From positions 777,041-841,040 of the forward strand of contig CP181398.1 in NCBI GenBank assembly GCA_047946875.1: DNA of 64,000 nt, written 5' to 3'. This DNA comes from Candidatus Kerfeldbacteria bacterium (GTDB lineage Bacteria > Patescibacteriota > Patescibacteriia > UBA10025 > JAHIVO01). Positions 29,901 through 38,900 of this stretch are shown piece after piece. How positions within the stretch are numbered: position 1 is the stretch's first letter; every line of letters begins with the position of its first letter. The notes under the pieces are model-generated. The model saw nothing but the letters and a program-made list of their open reading frames with translations, searched no databases and was not told the origin of the DNA. The position numbers and the translations under genes were made by a program.

Positions 29901-32900
29901 CGTACCGCGGCTGATTTGCAGATTATAAAATTCAGGCGCATCATCACTCCACTGGTACACCTGGCCTTGAGCAGAACTCGCGCCTGACGGATCATCAATG
30001 ACTATAGTCCCGCCGGTAACCGTCGTGGTAGTAAGTGGTTTCTCATTGTACACGATAAACGAACGGCCAGTTAATGTACCGCCGGTCATATTAAAAGTTA
30101 CTGTCTCTCCGCCGTCATTATGCCGCGCGAGTTCAATGGCTCCATCCGCAACAGTACTCGCCCGCACCGTTCCACCCGCCAGCGTGATTATCCCCTGATT
30201 CAAATTAATGTTAGTACCAACATCCACGCTGCCGTCATTGAAATTAGTAATCTGCGAATTACTTCCGCGCATGTTTAACGCACCCGTAACATCAACATTA
30301 GCTCCTGTATTGAAATTGAGAGTACCGGCTTCTTGCCAAATATTGCCGGCAACCGTCACTGCGCTTGCTATTGTTGCTGTACCACCATTAACATAAAAAT
30401 TATCCTTAACATCCACGGTTCCGCCACTAAACGAATTGGTGCCGCCGTTTATTATTAAGTCTTCTGTCGTACCATTACCAATCGTGAGTGTACCCGCGGT
30501 AACATTTATATTCCCGGCAGATGTTATATTATCTCCATTTACTGTTGCGTCGGCACTCACATTAAGTGTTGCATTCGCATCAATGTCTATATCCAGACCA
30601 ATAATCGATGTTGCCGTATCAAGATGAACTGTGGCATTGTCATCAATGTGCAGATTACCGCCAGTTGCGTCAGTGGTTACCATACCGCCAGGATCAAATG
30701 TATCACCGGTCCACGCATGCAGCTCCATGCCCGACTCTGTTGTCAGCGCGCCCGCAATAACCGCATACCGTATGCCAGCATCAGCATTATCACCGGTCAA
30801 TAACTTAGCGTTTGTCATTGGCCCGGCATTCTCATGTCGAACAATCATCCTATTTTGGTATAGATTAAGTCCGGAAATATTCGACGATATGTCAGCCGCT
30901 AGTGTTGCTGTAGTCGCATGTGGTGTTTCGCTATTATCAATATAGAGCACTATAGGATCGCCACCAGCTGTTGGATCTGTTGCCGGGATAGTGAACGTAC
31001 CACCTGCACTATCGCATTCATACTCGGATGCAGTTCCGCCGTTTGTTGCCGCGTGGACTGTCAATGGATCTGCGGAACAGTCATACACACTTATACCATC
31101 ATCACTGTAAATCGTTCCGGTCAACGTAATACCATCAAATATCCAGCAGTCGTTATTTCCGGAATCAGTGTTGGTGCCATTTGACGCATCAATCCAGTCG
31201 CCGCCGCACGCGTACGAGTACTTTACATCAATGTATGATACATCGGTCTGCGTGCCGGTTACCACCAAATTCCAGTCGCTGGTCGTAGAACTTTGGAACG
31301 TTATTTCATTTCCGACACCTGAAGAACCGGCCCAGTTGATATTTGGAAACGTATACGTCGATCCCGCTTCATATTCAACAGTAACGCCCGCTGTTGTAAT
31401 TGTATAGTTATTTTCGGTTTCAACGGCTGCTCCGAAATCAACAGTTCCGCCACTATTGGTAATAGTTAGGTTATAAAAATCAGAAGAACCTGTCATAGTG
31501 CCTGACAATGACTGAGTAGAAGAACCGGCCAAAACAACAGTTCCATTGTTATCAGTAAACGTGCCATTATTGGTATAGTTACCATTAATATCAAGTGTTG
31601 AACTACTGGAAGCAGATAGCGTGGTAGCAGTATCAATACTCACGTCTCCACTCACTACTAATGATGGATCGTTGGTATTCAAATCTACCGTGGTTGCGCC
31701 GGTACCATCTTGGATAAGTATTAAATCACCAGAGATTGGATACGACCCCGATGCGGCTGTAATAGAATTTGATGAATTACTTCCATACAACTCCACATCC
31801 CCTCCGTACGTACGGGCATCAAATGTAGTATTGGCAATATTACCAGCACTGGCATCATAGCGGACAATACTATTGATCGTTCCTCCCGTGCCAGGACCAG
31901 CGGATGTATCAGTAAACCTAAGTGTGCCAGCTCCTTCAACAGTACCTAAATTAGCAAAAGTTGAGCCGGTATGTGTTACTGTACGACCAGCGCCAATCGA
32001 GAGTGTACCACCCGCACCAAAATTTCCATAAGCACTACTGATTGTGAAATCCGTATTTATAACCGAGATAGCTACATCAGACGCCGAATCAAGTTTGAAA
32101 TCATAAAAAGTTTCCCCGCCAACATCTATAGTATTGTCAGCGCCATGCATTATAACTTCTCCGGTCCCTTCTATTAAATCTGTCAGATCGGCCTTAATAT
32201 ATAGATCACCATAAACACTTATATCGCCACTGATATCATAGGTGCCACCACTATCCGGATCGAGCGAAAGATTATCAAAACTTCCACCCCCCGACACAGT
32301 TACTGAGCCAGTATTAGTAAATTTAAATGTTGAATCCTCTGTCGTTTTATTAACTATAACCATACTTGTTATTGGTGTACCACTTCCTGACATTTCCCAT
32401 GTCTTAGCGCCACCTGCTGCAGCTGAAAGTTTAGCAAACCAAACATCGTCCCCTGCTCCAGCACACGTATCCCTTGCTAATGTATTTGTTATCTTGATAT
32501 CACCACTACCCGTAGCTGACAGTATTCGATCTCCACTACACGCCCCTATAATATCAAAATATAAATCATAAAATGTCCACGTACTACTATTGCCACCAAT
32601 ATTACCTGCAGCGGGCAGCCCAACAGTTACTGTCCCACCGGTCATTGTGATAACGCCATCACCTGTAATATCCCCGCCGTTGGCGGTAAGATCGTTTGAA
32701 CCGGTCAGTGTCGTGCCGGTACCAACGGTGACATCACCGTTTGTAGTCAGCGCATCAGCTAAGGTAATGGTGCCGGTACCGGATGTCTCAAAATCATACA
32801 GAGATTTACCCGCCGCGGTGAGTGAGGGAGTAACACCGTCCATTACCAAAGTATGCCCAGAAGTGGCTGTAAATGTATCACAATTAGTAAGGTCTACGTT

Positions 32901-35900
32901 ACCCTCAATGTTCCAGGTTCCAGTGCCGGTATTAATCGTGTTAGTAGACGCTCCGCAGGAGAAATTGCCACCAACGTCTAAACTGACATTATTATCAGCA
33001 CCATCAATCGTTACGCTGTTAGTCCCGTCACCAATTGTTAGGTTATTATTTATATCATTAGCGAGAGCAGAAGCATACTCAAATGTGTATGATGGTGAAC
33101 CTCCTGACGGTATTAATTCTAAGTTATAGTAAGATCCTCCAGATCCATCTCTGGCAATGTCTGTATCCCCAGTACCGGTGTACTGAAAAGTAGAAGTATT
33201 TCCTATTAACCTCCCCTCGTTAAAAAAAGGCATAGTCTCATCAGTAGTACCAGATCCTGAAAGAATCCATGTTTTTTCACCGGCATCCAATGTATGAAAT
33301 CGTTCTATTACCTCACAAAAATCCCAGGTTGTGATCAGCTGATTGGTAATGGTCATACTGCCAGTCCCAATAGCCGTCGTAGTATATTCACCACATGGAA
33401 GTTGCGTAAAAGAGAGATTATAAAATGTCCAGTTGCTGTCTCCGCCTATAGTCCCATCCGTAGACAAGGTTACCGTACCGCCGGTCATATTGACCGTACC
33501 ATCACCAGTCAGGTTACCACCGTGAACAACCAGAGAGCCAGTACCTTGCACGGTGGCACCGGTATCCACATACTGATTACCACCAGTGCCTGACGTGGTC
33601 ACCCCACCACCCGGATCATAGGTATCACCAGTCCAAATATGCAATTCAAATTCTGAATCAATAGTCACGTTATTTGAATCAACCTTAAACTTAATATCGC
33701 TATCACCTGTATCCCGATCGCCTGACTCAAGATTGGTGTTGGTAATAGACGCTCCAGTATCATTCCTGACAATGACTGCGGCCGCGTACACATCAACATC
33801 AGCTGTATCAGTTCCGTCAACCTTGAATGCAGTTGTTCCTTCATAGGTGCCGTGATCATCCAGGTAAATAGTGACAATATCTCCGCTTGAGGATGCAATA
33901 CTGCCGACTGAATAATCCCCATTGCCATCCGTAGTACCAAAATTCATATTATTACCATTAACATTCACCTGAACTAATATGCCAGAACCGGCATTCGTTG
34001 ACTTATTCTCCTGATACACCGTGCCACCAATGGTAATAATATCGCTAAAAAGCCAATTCGTATTGTTTCCACAATGAGTATTAGTCCCGTCATCAGCATC
34101 AATTTGAAAACCAGTATCTGTTGCATCAGACCGCGACACATCCACATACGAAACCACACTAGTATTAGCTACATCCAGAAGCCATGTGCCGGAAGTAAGG
34201 TTTGAATTTCTAAATACAATATCATTACCGGAAGAACCAGTCCAATCAATATTAGTGAACGCATATGTAGATCCAGAATTATATTCCACTTTTACGTTAT
34301 CATTAACGGTAAAGGTGCCGGTAGCTGTAGCTGCGGCCGCAAAATCAATACCAGGGGTAAATGAAGTAGCACAGCCAGAAACACTTCCAGTGGTATTAGT
34401 AATGGTCAGGTTATAAAAATCAGAGGAACCGGTCATCGTACCCGATAAGGTCTGTTGCACGGTACCGGCCAAAACGACTGTCCCGCTGTTGTCAGTAAAC
34501 GTGCCGTTATTGGTATAATCGCTCTTTAAAGTTAGGCTAGTACTGCTTGGCGCGGAAAAAATCGTATTAACGCCAATAGTGATAGTCTTGGTAAAATTAA
34601 TAGTTGGATCGTTTGTATTCAGATCAAAAGTAGTGGCTCCAGTTCCGCCCTGTATCAGTTCCAAGTCTCCATAAACATTATATGTACCCGCTGCTGATGT
34701 GACCGTATTAGAAGAGTTATTACCATATATTTCAACATACAGATAATCACGAGCTGACATCGTTTGGCTGTTGCTTGACGAATCAAAACGCACGATAATA
34801 TTAGTTGCAAATGCTCCTGTTGTTGGGAATGCGGCTGATGGTTGGTAGACCAAAGTGCCATTACCCATCACGTAGCCGTCGAAAGTAAATGATCCCGTAC
34901 TCGTTACAGTCAAAGAACGATCTATACTAATATACAAAAAATCATTAGTGTTAACGTCAAGCGTACCGGTAACGATAGGATCATCAGTGCCCTCTATTGA
35001 TACTGTACCTGCAGATCCATCACCAATAGTAAGATTATTAAACGTGGTATCACTTGAGCCATTTATTGCAGGAGAGCCTGTCATGGTAACGGTACTTGTA
35101 CTTGCTGTAAAGGTGCCATTATTATCCCAATTACCATCCAAGCTATATGTATTAGCTCCATCTGAGGCAAGTGTGCCATCAATACTAATAGTAACATTAT
35201 GCGCGTTCATCGTTCCTGCGGAATCCATAGTTAATGTATCATCAGCCAAAATATCTATGGTGTCGTCAGCATACGCACCATCTTCATCCACATTCAATAC
35301 ACCCGCATTGGCAGTATGCATGATATTGCCATTTTGATCATTATCATAAGAGCCCAGCTGGGTAACAGTTAATGTCACTCCAGTATCAGCACTTCCAACT
35401 GACAATACGTTCTGATTTAGTACCATGCCGGTAATATCATCCGCACCGTCATACTCTGTAACAGCAGTAGATTGATCCCCATCTGTCGCTGTGTCAATGA
35501 ATACGGTTATTACTTCTCCTCCTGACAAAGCTGGGTCCGTATCAACATTCCAGGCACTTGCGCTTATTACGAAACTATCAGCTTGCAACACACCATTGAC
35601 TGCAATTTTCACCGTACCGGAAGAATTTGATGAACCTGCAACATTTGTATTAGATGAAGGAAAAGTCCAAGCAGTATTATTGCTACAGTCGGTGTTAGTA
35701 CCGTCATCAGCATCAATATCCACACCGGGAGTAGCATCAGACCATGACACGTCCACATAGGAAACAACACTTGAGTTGGTCACATCCAAATCCCAAGCGG
35801 ATGAGCCCGTTGAACCTTTGAAGTAGATTTCATTTCCAGATGAACCCGTCCAATCAATATTAGTAAATGCGTAGGTTGATGTGGAATTGTACTCTACGTT

Positions 35901-38900
35901 TGCATTGTCATTAACCGTGAAAGTACCTGTAGCCGTAGCAGCATCAGCGAACACAATGCCAGCAGTAGTAAATGATGCGCAGCCCGTGACAATTCCGGAT
36001 GTATTTGTGACAGTCAAATTATAAAAAGATTCTGAGTCTGATGTTATGGTTTGTGTTGATGAACCATCCAAGACAACCGTATTTCCACTGGTGGCAGTAT
36101 ATGTCCCGTCTGTAAAATCAATGGCTCCAGATACAGTCCACATACCTGTTCCAGAAGTTATAATCCCAATTCCAGAACCACCACCACCATAAGCTAATAC
36201 ACTTGTAATATTTACTGTTGGGTTGTACGTTCCGCCGTCAAGAGTAATATTTTGCGTATTTTGCGCCGAGACATACAAGGAATTCGAAAAATTTAGAGTT
36301 TGACTTGCACCAGTACCTAACATAACTGTACGTGCATTGGTGGTGCTATTATTGTACACCTGAACCTGATGGCCATACGTACGCTGTGACAATATTTGAT
36401 CATTAAACGTAGCGTCCATCCTGAGCGACGATGAAAGCGTTCCAGTCGTAGGGAAAGCTGATGAAGGCTGATATGCAAAAAGTCCACCTCCTGAAATCGT
36501 ACCATCAAGCGTGAGTGAACCCGCATTACCAAGCGTAACAATATTTGAAACGCCAAGTGATAATGTATCACCCGAGTCTATATCAAACGTACCCGTAACA
36601 GTTGGATCTTCAGATCCACCCACTGTTACTGTCCCTGCGGTCCCATCACCAATAGTAAGATTATTAAATGTAGTATCACTAGCGCCATTTATAGAAGAAG
36701 TTCCTGTCATAGTGACTGTACTTGTATCAGCTGTGAAGGTACCGCCATTAGTATAATCTCCTGCAATACTTATAGCACTAGATCCTGCAGTAAACACGGC
36801 ACTACTATTAATAACTAAATCCCCTCCAATAGAAAGGGCTTCATTAGTGGTACCAAATGTTTGAGAACCGTTAATAGTTAAATCATTCGCAACATTGAAT
36901 CCCAAAGAATTCACATCAATAGTCGTAGTATCTGCAATCACAATATTATAGAAACTTACACCGGCCTTACGAATATCAATTCCTCCTACTGAATTATCAT
37001 CATCAATAATAAAAGTTCCCCCTGATATAGTGCCCCATCTAGCCAGCGCTGTATTCGACAAATTTATCTCCTCTGTGGTAATTGTACCTGATCCGGTCAT
37101 GGTAAAATCAAGACCTGTGTCATTTGGAGCCATATAAAAATATCCGGAAGGACCTACAGAATGAGTACCACCATTGAAATTGAAATCACCTTCATTTATT
37201 ACCCAGTATCCAACTTCCGTAACTACAGACCCTGCATTCAGATTTAATACACTTGTTGCCCCGTCAAGAGTAACTCTATCTAGAATATCCACATCAGCGC
37301 TACCACTTATTGTTGCCGTACCACCAGTCAATATAAAATCATCACCAATATCCGTGGTACCACCACTGATATTCACCGCACCTGATGTCATATTTAAATC
37401 TTCTGTAGTGCTATTACCAATTATAAAAGTTCCAGCGGTATGATTCAGAGTCCCTCCACTTACCAAAACTTCATTAGCTTCTACGATTGTAGAATTTTGT
37501 ACATGAAGCGTACCTCCGGATGGAACATCAATATCTCCAGCAATAACATTACTAATCGTATCAAGATAAGCAGTCCCTCTGACATCAAAATCTCCAGTTA
37601 CACTAGTCGTAGTAATCCTACCATTTGGATCAAAAGTATGACCAGTATATACAAAAAGTTGAATCCCTGTCTCCACAACCAAAGTATCAGTTATTGCATC
37701 TATAGCATCATAAAGCATATCTACTGAGTTTTGGTCATTATCATATGCATCCATATCGTCAACATTTATACTGGTTCCTTGCTCATGCCTCACCATTACC
37801 GTATTTTGATATATTCTCAAATTATCTCCGGTAACTATATCCCCTCCGTCACTAACAGTAACCGTATTACCCAATATTGATCCGCCGTCAATATAAAATG
37901 TCAGCTGGTCTCCTGCGCTGGTAGTAACTCCGGTAATGGAAAAATTACCACTAGAATCGGTTGCATCACAATCTCCGCCCGCAGTCGCATTTACAGCCAC
38001 ACAAACACTAGTACCTGTAGTAATTGGGGTTCCTTCAGTATCATCAGTATAAGCTATACCATCAAAATCATAGCCACCGCCACCACCGCCACACGATGTA
38101 CATTCAGCTAATATAAAATTAGTTTGAAGTGGATCATGCGCGGGGGCATTATATCCAGACAATGTAATATCATGCTTATGACCAGCTGTTGCAAATTGAC
38201 TACCTGCGCTTGCACTACCATCTATACCTGCTGAATCTCCTGAAGTCCCAACTGTATTTGAATGAGCAACTCCAGCACTACCACTAGTAGTACCTGAGCT
38301 ATCTGCTGTTTGGATATATCTGTTTTGATAAGGACTAGTGTTAGAGATAGTAGTCCAACCAGTTGGTGGGGTTCCGTCAAATAGAGCAATCATCCCAATA
38401 GGAACAGATGGTGGTGTACCATTTTGCTCATATAATTTAAGAGTTACATATTCAGGTACTGATGTAGCACTAGCCGTAGTAGTAGGAGTGCTAGGTGCAG
38501 CATGAGTATGAACTATTGCATCATGGACATTGGGAGTAATTCCTGAAAATACACCGACACTACCTGAACCAGCGTTAAGAGACCCCCAGGTAACTCCGTG
38601 TGTATGAGTATCACTTCCACCGGTCGTATGTGATGAGTCAAGTTTCACTAAGCGACTATCGGCCGCTGAAAAACGTACCCAAGGACTAGATGGTTCTGAT
38701 CCAGTCTTAAAAAAAGCGAAAGCATCAAGCGGTATAGTGCTTGGCGTGGAATCAAGTGAATCATAACGATAAAGATAATATGTATAATGTGCCGGATTAT
38801 TATCAGCAGCTGCCACAGTAGTAGTATTAGCTGTATGAGTATGAGCTCCTGTCGATATCAACGTACATCCTCTTCCACATATAGTATCTGGACCCGTACT

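Noticed and set aside
27269-37727. Some twenty plus-strand ORFs of 60-190 aa inside the giant gene (e.g. 28423-28983, 29146-29670, 32590-33129), and similar ones inside 5308-15252
   Set aside because: They are antisense to a continuous 14-kb ORF. Their translations are low-complexity P/S/V/T-rich mirror images of the T/G/N-rich sense strand. No start context was found. The long uninterrupted minus-strand frame explains the region.
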